A stretch of DNA of 43,100 bases from Ignavibacteriota bacterium (GTDB taxonomy: Bacteria > Bacteroidota > Ignavibacteria > UBA10030 > UBA6906), in contig JANNUB010000300.1 in assembly GCA_031394795.1 (NCBI GenBank), forward strand, positions 1 to 43,100. The letters are read 5' to 3'. Position numbers and translations under genes: made by a program. Positions within the stretch are counted from its first letter, which is position 1. Each line of letters opens with the position of its first letter. The notes below the pieces were generated by a model. It saw only the letters and a list, made by a program, of their open reading frames with translations. It did not search any database and was not told the DNA's origin. Of the stretch, positions 1 to 8,986 are shown in pieces.

Positions 1-414
1 CAGTCAAAGGTCGCCATCGGTTCGGGCGGTGTGCTCTGGAAGGGATTCACCAAGGGAACGCAGACGAGGCTGAATTTCATTCCGGCACAATGGACGGATT
101 TTATCTATACTGTTCCCGGAGAGGAATTCGGCCTTCTCGGCGCGACCGTTGTGCTGACACTGCTGATGATCATCCTGTTTCGCGGGGTAATGATCGCTTC
201 CGCTGTGAAGAATTCTTATGGGAGTTTTCTCGCGATCGCCATTGTGGGCGTCTTCGCAACGCATACGTTCATGAATATCGGCATGGCGCTCGGCCTCACT
301 CCCGTCGTTGGCGTGCCTCTCCCATTTCTTAGCTACGGCGGATCTTCTCTGCTCGCGAGCATGGTGATGGTCGGGTTGCTGTTGAATTTGTATGCGCACA
401 GAAAAGAATATTAA
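1..414 (+). CDS. SEDS-family protein (RodA/FtsW/SpoVE), C-terminal fragment; the 5' end lies outside the window
   Basis: Frame 1 is open from base 1. The translation QSKVAIGSGG...TDFIYTVPGEEFGLLG...PLPFLSYGGSSL matches conserved C-terminal SEDS motifs. Confidence 0.85.
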   Translation, partial: QSKVAIGSGGVLWKGFTKGTQTRLNFIPAQWTDFIYTVPGEEFGLLGATVVLTLLMIILFRGVMIASAVKNSYGSFLAIAIVGVFATHTFMNIGMALGLTPVVGVPLPFLSYGGSSLLASMVMVGLLLNLYAHRKEY

Positions 415-460
415 GAACTGATGTTACGCAAAAAGGAAATTTGCATTGGTTTCCATCAAA

Positions 461-597
461 GCCCTCATCCCCCGCCCCCCCGCCTGCCTCCATAGCTCTT
501 TGAGGCGGGCAGGCTTCTCCCAAAGGGAGAAGGGGAGGAAAGAGCGCAGATTCAACAAAGTCCCTCTCCCCTTGGGAGAGGGATTTAGGGTGAGGGC
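461..597. repeat. GC-rich compound palindromic (REP-like) element between the SEDS gene and the Lon-like gene
   Basis: Outer arms are gccctcatccc (461-471) and gggtgagggc (588-597). There is a perfect 8-bp hairpin cttctccc/gggagaag (514-532) and a perfect 10-bp hairpin tccctctccc/gggagaggga (561-583). The ORFs over it (446..631 +, 424..609 -) are low-complexity translations of the palindromes. Confidence 0.6.
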
Positions 598-655
598 GTT
601 TGAATACAAAAGAAAACAAAATTCTGCGTAACGTCAGTTAAGAAAACGATCGCAT

Positions 656-3100
656 ATGAAAAAGAAGAAAAGCATTCACCGGCAGCCCAGACCGCAGCGC
701 AAGAATAATCTCCCGCGCGCACTTCCTGCCTCCATGCTCCGCTGGCATTGCACTCCTGCCGATCTCGGCGTTGCCGATCTCGGCGTATCGTGTTTCGACG
801 ACGCTGCAACGGTCAAAGATATCATCGGACAGGATCGCGCATTGCGCGCTCTGCACGTCGGATTGGAAATGGCTCATGTCGGGTATAACATTTTTGTGAC
901 CGGCGTTTCCGGCACAGGACGCACGACGACCATCAAGCGTCTTCTGACCGAGTTTGAACAGCTCCCCGCGACCCTGACGGACAAATGCTACGTGTACAAC
1001 TTCCACGATCCCGATGCGTCCCGGCTGATAACGCTTCCGGCCGGTCAGGGTTCGGAGTTCAAGAAGGAGATGGCGTCGTTTCTCAACGACCTTCATACGC
1101 AAATCCCAGCAGCGTTCGAGAGCCGTCGTTTCAGTGAGATGCGCAAGCAAACGCTCGAACATTTTCAGGAGCGCCAACGGAGCGTCCTGCGCGACCTGGA
1201 AAAGAAAGTAAAGGACAAGGGGTTTGAAGTTGTGCAGGTGCAAACGGGTGCGACAACACGTCCCGAGATCGCACCGGTGCTGGAGGGCAATCCCGTGACG
1301 TTCGACCAGTTTCAGGCAAAAGTGGACACAGGCGAAATGACGGAAGAAGCCTTCACCAAAATGACCGGCGACCACGCCGAGCTTGAGCGCCTGATGGACA
1401 GTGTGATGCGAGAAATGCGCAACATCGAGCGCAAGGCGAAAAAATCCACCGAGCAGCTCACCAACCGCGTTGTCGCACCGATCGTTGAAGAGCTGATTCA
1501 AGACCTTGAAGAAAAATACTCTTCGCCTGCAATCCACACGTATCTCGAGGAGATCGAACGGCACGTTCTGGACAACGTTCATCGCTTCCATCCGCGCGAG
1601 GAACAGCAGCAAAGCACGCTGGGATTTCAATTTCAAAAAGAAGAGGATCGTTACACCGAGTTTCAAATCAATCTCATCATTGACAACAGCACGGCGAAGG
1701 GACGCCCTGTCATTATCGAAACAAACCCGCGGTACAAGAACTTGTTCGGCACTATCGAGCGAGTCGTCGATCGCAACGGCGTCTGGCGGACGGATTTCAT
1801 GCAGATCAAGAGCGGCTCGCTCTTGAAAGCCGATGGCGGCTACCTCGTGATTAACGCGATGGATGCCTTGGTCGAGCCCGGGGTGTGGACAACGCTGAAG
1901 CGCGTTCTTCGCAACGGTCTGCTCGATATTCAGCCGCCCGATTTCTTTACCCACAACGCATACTTCGCTCTCAAGCCTGAGCCTGTTCCGCTGAATGTCA
2001 AAGTGATCATGATCGGGGACGCGTACACGTATAGATTCCTGTACGAGATGGACGACGATTTCAAAAAGATCTTCAAGGTCCGCTCGGACTTCGACGTCGA
2101 AATGCCGAACGACAGGAAGTCCATCGCAAGCTACGTCGCGTTCATCAAGACCATGTGCCGCGACGAGAAACTTCTTCCGTACGATATCAGCGGCATGACG
2201 GAAATCGTCGAGTACGGCGCACGGCTGGCAAAGCAACAGAAAAAGCTCTCGACGCGCTTCACCCGCATCGCGGATTTGATTCGCGAGGCAAACTACTGGG
2301 CGCAGAAAGACAATGCCGCGACCGTGACCAAGCTGCACGTACGCAAAGCAATTGAAGAGCACATCGAGCGCGTGCGGCTTGTGGAGGAGAAGATCCAGGA
2401 GATGATCGAAGACGGCACGATTCGCGTTGAGACGGAAGGCGCGGTCGTCGGGCAGGTGAATGGACTGTCGGTGTACCACACAAGCGGCTATTCATTCGGC
2501 AAACCGTCGCGCATCACGGCGAAAACCTCAATCGGACGCGCGGGCATCATCAACATCGAGCGCGAAGCAGATCTCAGCGGCCCATCGCACGACAAAGGCA
2601 TGCTGATTCTCAGCGGCTACCTGCGCGACAAGTATGCAAAGAACAAACCGCTGATGCTGAGCGCAAGCATTGCATTCGAACAAAGCTACGGCGGCGTTGA
2701 CGGCGACAGCGCATCGTCAACGGAAGTGTATGCGCTGCTCTCGAGTCTCTCGGGCATTCCGCTCCGACAGGATCTTGCCGTGACAGGCTCCGTTGACCAA
2801 CACGGCAACATCCAGGCGATCGGGGGAGTGGATCAAAAGATCGAAGGGTTCTTCGATGTGTGCAAAGCGCGGGGACTGACCGGAACACAGGGCGTGCTGA
2901 TTCCGAAACAGAACGTATCGGATTTGATGCTCCGCCACGATGTGATTGATGCAGTGAACCAAAAGAAGTTTCACGTCTACGCGATCACGACGATTGATGA
3001 AGGCATTCGGCTTCTCACAGGCAAACAGCCGGAGGTTGTTCACGCCAAAGTTGACAAGCATCTGTTTGCGATGGCGCGAAAAGTAAAGAAAATGGGTTAG
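656..3100 (+). CDS. Lon-like protease with an AAA-like domain and a C-terminal S16 Lon proteolytic domain (COG1067/LonC-like)
   Basis: 814-aa ORF. It has a P-loop-like GVSGTGRTT and C-terminal Lon protease motifs VDGDSASS (catalytic Ser) and GGVDQKIEGFF (catalytic Lys). Confidence 0.85.
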   Translation: MKKKKSIHRQPRPQRKNNLPRALPASMLRWHCTPADLGVADLGVSCFDDAATVKDIIGQDRALRALHVGLEMAHVGYNIFVTGVSGTGRTTTIKRLLTEFEQLPATLTDKCYVYNFHDPDASRLITLPAGQGSEFKKEMASFLNDLHTQIPAAFESRRFSEMRKQTLEHFQERQRSVLRDLEKKVKDKGFEVVQVQTGATTRPEIAPVLEGNPVTFDQFQAKVDTGEMTEEAFTKMTGDHAELERLMDSVMREMRNIERKAKKSTEQLTNRVVAPIVEELIQDLEEKYSSPAIHTYLEEIERHVLDNVHRFHPREEQQQSTLGFQFQKEEDRYTEFQINLIIDNSTAKGRPVIIETNPRYKNLFGTIERVVDRNGVWRTDFMQIKSGSLLKADGGYLVINAMDALVEPGVWTTLKRVLRNGLLDIQPPDFFTHNAYFALKPEPVPLNVKVIMIGDAYTYRFLYEMDDDFKKIFKVRSDFDVEMPNDRKSIASYVAFIKTMCRDEKLLPYDISGMTEIVEYGARLAKQQKKLSTRFTRIADLIREANYWAQKDNAATVTKLHVRKAIEEHIERVRLVEEKIQEMIEDGTIRVETEGAVVGQVNGLSVYHTSGYSFGKPSRITAKTSIGRAGIINIEREADLSGPSHDKGMLILSGYLRDKYAKNKPLMLSASIAFEQSYGGVDGDSASSTEVYALLSSLSGIPLRQDLAVTGSVDQHGNIQAIGGVDQKIEGFFDVCKARGLTGTQGVLIPKQNVSDLMLRHDVIDAVNQKKFHVYAITTIDEGIRLLTGKQPEVVHAKVDKHLFAMARKVKKMG
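758..787 (+). repeat. In-frame 15-bp tandem duplication (gccgatctcggcgtt / gccgatctcggcgta) encoding ADLGV-ADLGV
   Basis: Read directly: two adjacent 15-mers differ only at the last base. Confidence 0.9.
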
Positions 3101-3131
3101 AAACAATTTCAACGAGCGAGGTAAAACTACT

Positions 3132-3470
3132 ATGCAAATCTACATTGGCAATCTCCCAGCAAGCGTCACGGATGTTGAGCTTCGCGCGATGTTCGAGCCG
3201 TTCGGCAAGGTCTCGGCCGCGAGCATCGGCAAAGAGGGCGGCTATGGTTTTGTGGAAATGAAGGTCAAGGCAGAAGGACGAGCCGCAATTGAAGCGTTGC
3301 GCGGAAAAGAAATGGAGGGAAAACCGCTGCTTGTGCGTGCGTTGAAGCAGGGCGATGCATTTCACGAGCATGCACGCTCTCTCCAAGGTGGCTCGCGTGC
3401 GGGGCAGTTAGGCTTTCAACAGGTTCGCGGGGGCGGCGCCATTCGCAGGGGCGGGCAGCGCGGGAGCTAA
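3132..3470 (+). CDS. RNA-binding protein with one RRM domain and an RGG-rich tail
   Basis: RNP-2-like IYIGNL and RNP-1-like GYGFVEM motifs; the C-terminus reads RGGGAIRRGGQRG. Confidence 0.85.
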   Translation: MQIYIGNLPASVTDVELRAMFEPFGKVSAASIGKEGGYGFVEMKVKAEGRAAIEALRGKEMEGKPLLVRALKQGDAFHEHARSLQGGSRAGQLGFQQVRGGGAIRRGGQRGS

Positions 3471-3474
3471 TTAC

Positions 3475-4080
3475 ATGAAAGACGAACTCACCGAGCAGAC
3501 CATCGCTCCCGATCCGATCATGCAGTTCCAGAAGTGGTTCGACGACGCCCTCGCGCGAAACATTCCGGACGCGAACGCGATGATGCTTGCCACGGCAACG
3601 CGCGAGGGGAGAGTCTCCGCGCGCATTGTTCTGCTGAAGGGTTTTGACGAGCGCGGCTTCTGCTTCTTCACCAATTTTCTGAGCGCGAAAGGAAAGCAGC
3701 TGACTGCCAACGCGAGCGCCGCGCTCGTTTTTTTCTGGCAAGCGTTAGAGCGGCAAGTGCGGATCGAAGGGACCGTGAGCAGAATGAGCGACGCAGAGGC
3801 CGATGCCTACTTCCGCACACGTCCGCACGGCAGCCAGATTGGCGCGTGGGCGTCGCCGCAAAGCGAAGTGATCAGCAACCGCGCGTTTTTGGAAAAACGC
3901 GTAGAAGAGTCTGAAAGAAAATATGGCGAGAATGTTCCGCGTCCGTCCCACTGGGGCGGGTATCGCCTCGAGCCGCTCTCGATCGAGTTCTGGCAGGGAC
4001 GCGCAGACCGGATGCACGACAGGCTCATCTACAGAAAGAGCGCGGCGGGCGACTGGCACATCGAGCGGCTCGCGCCATAG
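3475..4080 (+). CDS. pdxH: pyridoxamine 5'-phosphate oxidase
   Basis: Motifs ARIVLLKGFDERGFCFFTN, QVRIEG, YFRTRPHGSQIGAWAS, WGGYRL and IEFWQGR...R(M)HDR are typical of PdxH. Confidence 0.95.
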   Translation: MKDELTEQTIAPDPIMQFQKWFDDALARNIPDANAMMLATATREGRVSARIVLLKGFDERGFCFFTNFLSAKGKQLTANASAALVFFWQALERQVRIEGTVSRMSDAEADAYFRTRPHGSQIGAWASPQSEVISNRAFLEKRVEESERKYGENVPRPSHWGGYRLEPLSIEFWQGRADRMHDRLIYRKSAAGDWHIERLAP

Positions 4081-4082
4081 CC

Positions 4083-4829
4083 TTACTTGATTTCTCTTCT
4101 CATCCGGCTCGGATCGTCCGTGATGATGATCCGAACGCCCTGCGAGATTGCCTTTGCAAGTTGCGCGCGCGTGTTCACGCCGTAACATCCTAACGTTATG
4201 TCGTTTTCACGAGTGTCGTCCGCGAACCGTTTGCGCAGGTGGGTAACGCTGCATGTGAATACCGAAGCGCCGACTCGCCGGCAAAGATCGGAAGGCTTCT
4301 TCTTGAAATCCCGAATCGGAGAATACAGCGCGCCGATGGCGATCTCAGGGTTGAGCGTGTGAAATCGCGCGAGGAACCGGTGATCGAACGATGAAACAAG
4401 TACTTGCTCACCGATCTCGCTTTCCGAAATAACGCGGGAGAGCACTTCTTCGAGTGCGGGCCGTTTGCGCCGCTCGCCCACCGGTGCGCTGCCATCGGTT
4501 TTCACTTCGATGTTCAGGAGAATATGCCGCGGTAGGATGCCAATGACTTCTTGAAGAGTGGGCACATGCTCGCTGGAGCCTGCATCAAGCTTCCGGAGTT
4601 CTGCCACAGTCAAGTCCGAGACTTTACCGCGGCCGTTCGTCGTGCGGTTGACGGTCCGGTCGTGAAGGACAACAAGCTCGCCGTCCTTCGACATGCGAAC
4701 ATCAAGCTCGATGCCGTCGGCGCCGTCATCGAGCGCTTTGCGAAATGCCGCGAGTGTGTTCTCCGGCGCCGAGCCGGAGCTGCCGCGGTGGGCGATGATG
4801 GAGATACGATCCGTTTCTCGCCATCCCAT
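4083..4829 (-). CDS. glycerophosphodiester phosphodiesterase family protein
   Basis: N-terminal IIAHRGSSGSAPENTLAAF...GADGIELDVRMSKDGELVVLHD is the GDPD signature. Confidence 0.9.
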   Translation of the reverse strand: MGWRETDRISIIAHRGSSGSAPENTLAAFRKALDDGADGIELDVRMSKDGELVVLHDRTVNRTTNGRGKVSDLTVAELRKLDAGSSEHVPTLQEVIGILPRHILLNIEVKTDGSAPVGERRKRPALEEVLSRVISESEIGEQVLVSSFDHRFLARFHTLNPEIAIGALYSPIRDFKKKPSDLCRRVGASVFTCSVTHLRKRFADDTRENDITLGCYGVNTRAQLAKAISQGVRIIITDDPSRMRREIK

Positions 4830-4832
4830 CGT

Positions 4833-5477
4833 TCACGCACCAATCAGCGCTCTGATATCATCATTCACACTCTCGATCGCCGCCATACCGTCCACATCTA
4901 CAATGACGCCGCGCTTCTTGTAGAAATCGAACACCGGTTCGGTGGACGAGTGATACACCTTTAATCGTTTGCGGACCGTTTCGGGTTTGTCGTCATCGCG
5001 CTGCATGAGCTTTCCACCGCACGAAGGGCACGGAGTTTTCAGCGTCACGCCGTCGGTAAGCTTGTTGAAGATCTTTCCGTCCCGCGTGCACATGAGGCGC
5101 GCACTGAGACGCCGGATCACTTCGTCGGCGTTCACTTCGAAGTTGATGACTTTGTAGTTCTTGATGCCAAGCTCGTCGAACAGGCCGCTCAGTGCTTTCG
5201 CCTGGTCCACTGTCCTCGGAAATCCATCGAGGATAAATCCTTTCGCGACTTTGGGCGATGTGAGAACGACGCGCACGATCTCGATCATGACGTCATCCGG
5301 CACAAGCTGGCCTGCATCCATGATCGCTTTTGCTTTCTTCCCAAGCTCCGTCCCTTCGGCGACTGCGACACGGAGCATGTCGCCGGTGGAGATATGTGGG
5401 ACGTCGAATTCCCCGGCAAGAAGTTTTGCCTGTGTTCCTTTGCCGACACCCGGCGGCCCGAACATGATAATTCGCAT
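4833..5477 (-). CDS. adk: adenylate kinase (long form with Cys4 lid)
   Basis: P-loop MFGPPGVGKGTQ, and a lid with C..DG...CPSCGG. Confidence 0.97.
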   Translation of the reverse strand: MRIIMFGPPGVGKGTQAKLLAGEFDVPHISTGDMLRVAVAEGTELGKKAKAIMDAGQLVPDDVMIEIVRVVLTSPKVAKGFILDGFPRTVDQAKALSGLFDELGIKNYKVINFEVNADEVIRRLSARLMCTRDGKIFNKLTDGVTLKTPCPSCGGKLMQRDDDKPETVRKRLKVYHSSTEPVFDFYKKRGVIVDVDGMAAIESVNDDIRALIGA

Positions 5478-5501
5478 TGCAATCTTTCGTCAAAAATGGA
5501 T

Positions 5502-6641
5502 TTATGCTGAAACGAGCAGTGCTGAAGGGCGATGAGTCGCGAGCCGCGCCCGGCGGGCATCCTCTTTCGATGTTATGACGGCAAGCTGCCCGCATGCGGC
5601 ATCGATATCTTCACCCGCGCTGCTTCGCACAAACACGTTGAGATTATGCGCGCGAAGGCGATCGGCGAGTTGCTGCGTTCGCGGCGAAGATTTCATGCCT
5701 GCCCCTATGCCCGTAAACGTAATGTCGTGGTACGGAATGATGTTGATCTTGCATGGAACGCGTCTCGCTATCGTGATGAGTTGACGCACTTCGTATTCCG
5801 AATCGTTCACGCCGTCAAAGAAAATGTATTCATACGTGACGCGCTTCTTGGTTTTGCGGTGATAATACTCAAGTGCCGGCATCAACACGTCGAGGGGGAA
5901 TTTTTTGTTGATGGGCATCAGCTTCGTCCGCGTTTCGTTTACCGCACTGTGCAGCGACACTGCGAGCCTTGCCTTCACTCCATCATCTGCCATCTGCCGA
6001 ATGTTGTCCGCCCAGCCCGCGGTTGAGATCGTGATGCGCTTTGCGGGAAAGTTCATTCCACCGATCATAATTTCGACCGCGTTCATCACATTGCGGTAGT
6101 TCATCAGCGGCTCGCCCATGCCCATGAACACGATATTCGTGATGGGTCGCTCGCTTACGCGGCGAATCTGCACGACTTGATCTATGATTTCTCCTGCGCT
6201 CAGATTGCGAAGGAATCCCATCGTGGCTGTCGCGCAGAACTTGCAGTCGAGCGGGCATCCTACCTGACTCGAAATGCATAACGTGAGCCGGCGCTGTTCT
6301 TCTTCGTTCGTCGCATCGTCGCCGCGAAACGCGAGCCGCGGCGGAATGAGCACGCTTTCCACATTCAAGCCATCACGCAGCGCGATCAAGAATTTCGTCG
6401 TCGCATCGCGACGTGAGCAGTGCGTTCCTGCAATCGTCACCCCCTCGATGTAGGCAGACTGGATCAAATGCTCGCGAAAACTCTTCGCGAGACTCGACAT
6501 CTCGCCAAAGTCCCTCACATCTTTCGTGTAGAGCCACTCGAACAGCTGTTTGCCGCGATAGCGTTTCTCGCCAATTCGTTCAGCAACATCGGAAAGCTCT
6601 TGGAGGGTCAGGCCCAGCAGGTTGTAGCGCGGAGCAGTCAT
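5502..6641 (-). CDS. rlmN: 23S rRNA/tRNA (adenine-C2)-methyltransferase, radical SAM
   Basis: The motifs CISSQVGCPLDCKFCATATMG and GMGEPL, plus overall collinearity, fit RlmN. Confidence 0.93.
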   Translation of the reverse strand: MTAPRYNLLGLTLQELSDVAERIGEKRYRGKQLFEWLYTKDVRDFGEMSSLAKSFREHLIQSAYIEGVTIAGTHCSRRDATTKFLIALRDGLNVESVLIPPRLAFRGDDATNEEEQRRLTLCISSQVGCPLDCKFCATATMGFLRNLSAGEIIDQVVQIRRVSERPITNIVFMGMGEPLMNYRNVMNAVEIMIGGMNFPAKRITISTAGWADNIRQMADDGVKARLAVSLHSAVNETRTKLMPINKKFPLDVLMPALEYYHRKTKKRVTYEYIFFDGVNDSEYEVRQLITIARRVPCKINIIPYHDITFTGIGAGMKSSPRTQQLADRLRAHNLNVFVRSSAGEDIDAACGQLAVITSKEDARRARLATHRPSALLVSA

Positions 6642-6718
6642 CCTGAAATAAGTTACGAAAGATGAATGGGTTATTCAAGGAAGTGGTTCCCCAAAGCGCG
6701 GACGGGCTCAAAACAAGA

Positions 6719-6745
6719 AAGCCTCCGAGAAAAGCTCAGAGGCTT
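6719..6745 (-). terminator. Candidate intrinsic terminator downstream of the OMP/lipoprotein genes
   Basis: 7-bp stem aagcctc/gaggctt with a 13-nt loop. On the minus strand it is followed by the T-rich ttcttgtttt. Confidence 0.45.
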
Positions 6746-6764
6746 GGATCATCTCAGTGATCAA

Positions 6765-7322
6765 CTACGGCTTCACGTTGGAATCGACCTGAAGGAAGAC
6801 GTCCATACACACGTTAAAGTTCGCAGTTACGGCCGGCCCAGCTCCTTGAGCTCGAAGTACAGCAACATTCGGCAGACTATTGAAACTCGTGAGGCCTGAA
6901 AGCAAGCTGCTCAACGCGACCGGATTGTAGGTGATCAATCCCCCCGAGTTGCGCAGCGAAACTCCGGCTGAGAAGGTTTCGTACTGCCCGCTAAACCTGA
7001 GCAACCTGGTTTCCGGTTGGCTGTCAAAGCGAACGTACACATCGCCGCTGACAATACCCTCTGGATGCGGGTGCGTGACACTAACGCGAACGTCATAGAT
7101 TCGGAGGGCCTGGAAATTCTCGCGGAAATCGGACGGGATCAGACCCTTAACGCTGATTTGCCCTGTTGAGCTGTTGAACGAGCCATTGCCCGTATTGATC
7201 GTCGCGCACCCGGAGATCGGATCGGCATCAACAGAAACCGTGATCGGATCATAGAGGCAGTCGAAGCCCGTCGTCGTCATCACAACAACGACAAGAACAA
7301 GAAGAAGAAGTTTTGTTTTCAT
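6765..7322 (-). CDS. Uncharacterised secreted protein / putative lipoprotein, copy A (paralog of 8397..8963)
   Basis: Hydrophobic signal MKTKLLLLVLVVVVM followed by Cys22. It shares with copy B the motifs C..D.I.VSV...PI, LIP, R(I/L)YD(V/F)(R/K)V, LLRF/ILRF, LPNV(A/T)V and (F/Y)(L/I)Q(V/A)D. Confidence 0.75.
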   Translation of the reverse strand: MKTKLLLLVLVVVVMTTTGFDCLYDPITVSVDADPISGCATINTGNGSFNSSTGQISVKGLIPSDFRENFQALRIYDVRVSVTHPHPEGIVSGDVYVRFDSQPETRLLRFSGQYETFSAGVSLRNSGGLITYNPVALSSLLSGLTSFNSLPNVAVLRAQGAGPAVTANFNVCMDVFLQVDSNVKP

Positions 7323-7356
7323 ATAAACACTCCTGAATTTTTTTTGCGGTGTTGAA

Positions 7357-8271
7357 TTAGAAACCGAAGCCGATGCTTGTCGAGATACTCGTCACCGAAC
7401 CGAAGTTCAGATCTCCATGCAGATGAACAACGCCGAGATTCAGCGCTGCCCCAACTGTCCCACGCACTTTGTCTTTTCCTTCAAACGTAACGCTCACGTT
7501 CTGGCTACCGCTCGCAGTAGAAGTGAAATTCAAATCCATGCTGTTCTTCGTATAGCCGAAGCCGCCGTACAATTCGAGAATCGAAAATGTCTTGCTGACC
7601 TGCGGTCCGGCGTAGAAGCTGGAAACGCTAATGTAATCGCCAAAGGTGATCTTGTTATAGAAAATTCCAACGGCAATATGAACCGGCGGTTCTCCTTCGC
7701 CAAAGTATTGGCTAACGCTATGGCGCCCCCCGATGCCCCAATATGTTATCTTCGGCAAGCCGCTGATTTCGGGAACTGGAAACCCTCGTATGATCAACTC
7801 TGTCCCTTGCACGTGTCCGATGGTGGCTTGCAGCGCCACGAGCGGGAAGATGGGAAGATCATCGACAGAACCACCGCTTCCGGCATAGCTCAGTCCGGTC
7901 GCCGCATCCGTTACAACGGTTACTTCCTTCTTACCAAACACGGTTGCGGTGTTAAAGGTCTTTTGTGCAAACCCTTCCGGCGTTGCGGCATCGTAACTCT
8001 TCAAATCGTCGGAAAGAAGAGCGCCCATGCCGACAATGTTGATGGAGAGATTAAAGCCGCTGGGGGGGATGTCGGCTGAACGGTACCAGCCTGCCGTCAT
8101 GTTGGCAGCAAACAGATCCTGGAGTGGCTGAACATAGCCTTGCACCGTTGTCGCATTGAAGCTTTTGAGCGCTTTCTCGAGCGAGCTTTCCGCGTGCACT
8201 GCGGGAACGAGAACGAGCAGTGTAGCAAGCGATGCCCCTGCAAGTTTCCAGATGTGGTTCATACACTTCAT
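7357..8271 (-). CDS. Uncharacterised putative outer-membrane beta-barrel protein, copy A (paralog of 8987..9904)
   Basis: Signal peptide MKCMNHIWKLAGASLATLLVLVPAVHA from the internal ATG at 8271. There are alternating hydrophobic strands and a C-terminal aromatic end ...SIGFGF. Copy B shares the motifs GYV.PL.D.F.ANM.AG.Y.SA.IP, TAT(V/I)FG, G.G.RHS(V/I)SQY and LYGG.G. Confidence 0.75.
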   Translation of the reverse strand: MKCMNHIWKLAGASLATLLVLVPAVHAESSLEKALKSFNATTVQGYVQPLQDLFAANMTAGWYRSADIPPSGFNLSINIVGMGALLSDDLKSYDAATPEGFAQKTFNTATVFGKKEVTVVTDAATGLSYAGSGGSVDDLPIFPLVALQATIGHVQGTELIIRGFPVPEISGLPKITYWGIGGRHSVSQYFGEGEPPVHIAVGIFYNKITFGDYISVSSFYAGPQVSKTFSILELYGGFGYTKNSMDLNFTSTASGSQNVSVTFEGKDKVRGTVGAALNLGVVHLHGDLNFGSVTSISTSIGFGF

Positions 8272-8396
8272 ATCAGCACCTCGTGTTTTGTTGAGTGATT
8301 GTTGGGGAGCATGAAGAAATATATCCTTCGTGGAGGAAGATTGCAACTCCATGAATGTGCAAATCTGTCTCTGCTTCTTTCGCCGCCTCACGTAAG

Positions 8397-8963
8397 TCAC
8401 TTAAGCTCTGCATCCGCCTGAATATACAACTCGATATGAACCGTCAGGTTGTTCGGGACGGGGGAGGGAGCAAGGTGGCCTAAGGTCGAGACGGTGACAT
8501 TCGGAAGAGGGCTGGTGGTAAGTGCGCGAAGGATCTCGTTTATACCCTCCGGCTGCGGGGTGAGATATGCCGAGCCTGTCAGAAGAGACTGCGGGGTGTA
8601 GAAGGCAGACCATGGTGCGGTTCCGGTTTCGGGGAATCTGAGGATCGGTTTGGCTTCTCCGCTGGCCACACGGATCGCTGCAGTGCCCGCTATCGCACCG
8701 GCGTATTCGCCTTCCACTCTGACTTTGAAATCATAGAGTCTTCCTTGCCGGATCCTGTTTTTGTACTGGACGGGTATGAGACTGTCGAGGTTTATTGTTG
8801 CCGCTGCGACAAAGACCGTGTTCGTTCCGAGTTTGAATCGCGCAACGATAGGATTGAGATTCACCGATACGAGCACCCCGTCGTTCACGCATGATGAGCC
8901 CATGAGCGCCAGGGAGAGCACCAACCCTGTGAGAAGAACCAATAGTCTATGTTTCAACTGCAT
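8397..8963 (-). CDS. Uncharacterised putative lipoprotein, copy B
   Basis: Start chosen at ATG 8963 (MQLKHRLLVLLTGLVLSLALMGSSC). The Cys sits at the same position relative to the conserved VSV..PI block as in copy A. Confidence 0.75.
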   Translation of the reverse strand: MQLKHRLLVLLTGLVLSLALMGSSCVNDGVLVSVNLNPIVARFKLGTNTVFVAAATINLDSLIPVQYKNRIRQGRLYDFKVRVEGEYAGAIAGTAAIRVASGEAKPILRFPETGTAPWSAFYTPQSLLTGSAYLTPQPEGINEILRALTTSPLPNVTVSTLGHLAPSPVPNNLTVHIELYIQADAELK

Positions 8964-8986
8964 TTTCTTTCTGCTGCACGACACCG

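Noticed and set aside
446-631. 61-aa ORFs on both strands over the first intergenic region
   Set aside because: They translate GC-rich palindromes (PLPLGEGFRVRA-type low complexity). There is no start context or coding periodicity.
638-2479. 613-aa ORF on the minus strand opposite the Lon-like gene
   Set aside because: It is a shadow ORF fully inside a gene with strong family motifs. Its composition is Arg/Leu/Val-rich and it has no recognisable motifs. The same reasoning applies to 10229..11110 (+), 11633..12595 (+), 15566..16462 (+), 18987..19772 (-), 39264..40379 (-), 41939..42838 (-) and 34630..35280 (+).
656-3100. Possibility that the Lon-like protease is BrxL of a BREX defence system
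   Set aside because: No BREX partners (PglX methyltransferase, PglZ, BrxA/B/C) or any other defence genes lie nearby. The neighbours are housekeeping genes: RRM protein, pdxH and adk.
8272-8400. 5' extension of the OMP copy A ORF (MTYVRRRKKQ...), which would overlap the upstream lipoprotein gene
   Set aside because: A signal peptide begins at the internal ATG 8271 and the paralog has no such extension. Similar extensions were trimmed for htpX (27707-27982), the hydrolase (21401-21577), DUF937 (25855-26022), yggS (18794-18838), the sigma factor (18957-18998) and the large T9SS protein (28742-28825).
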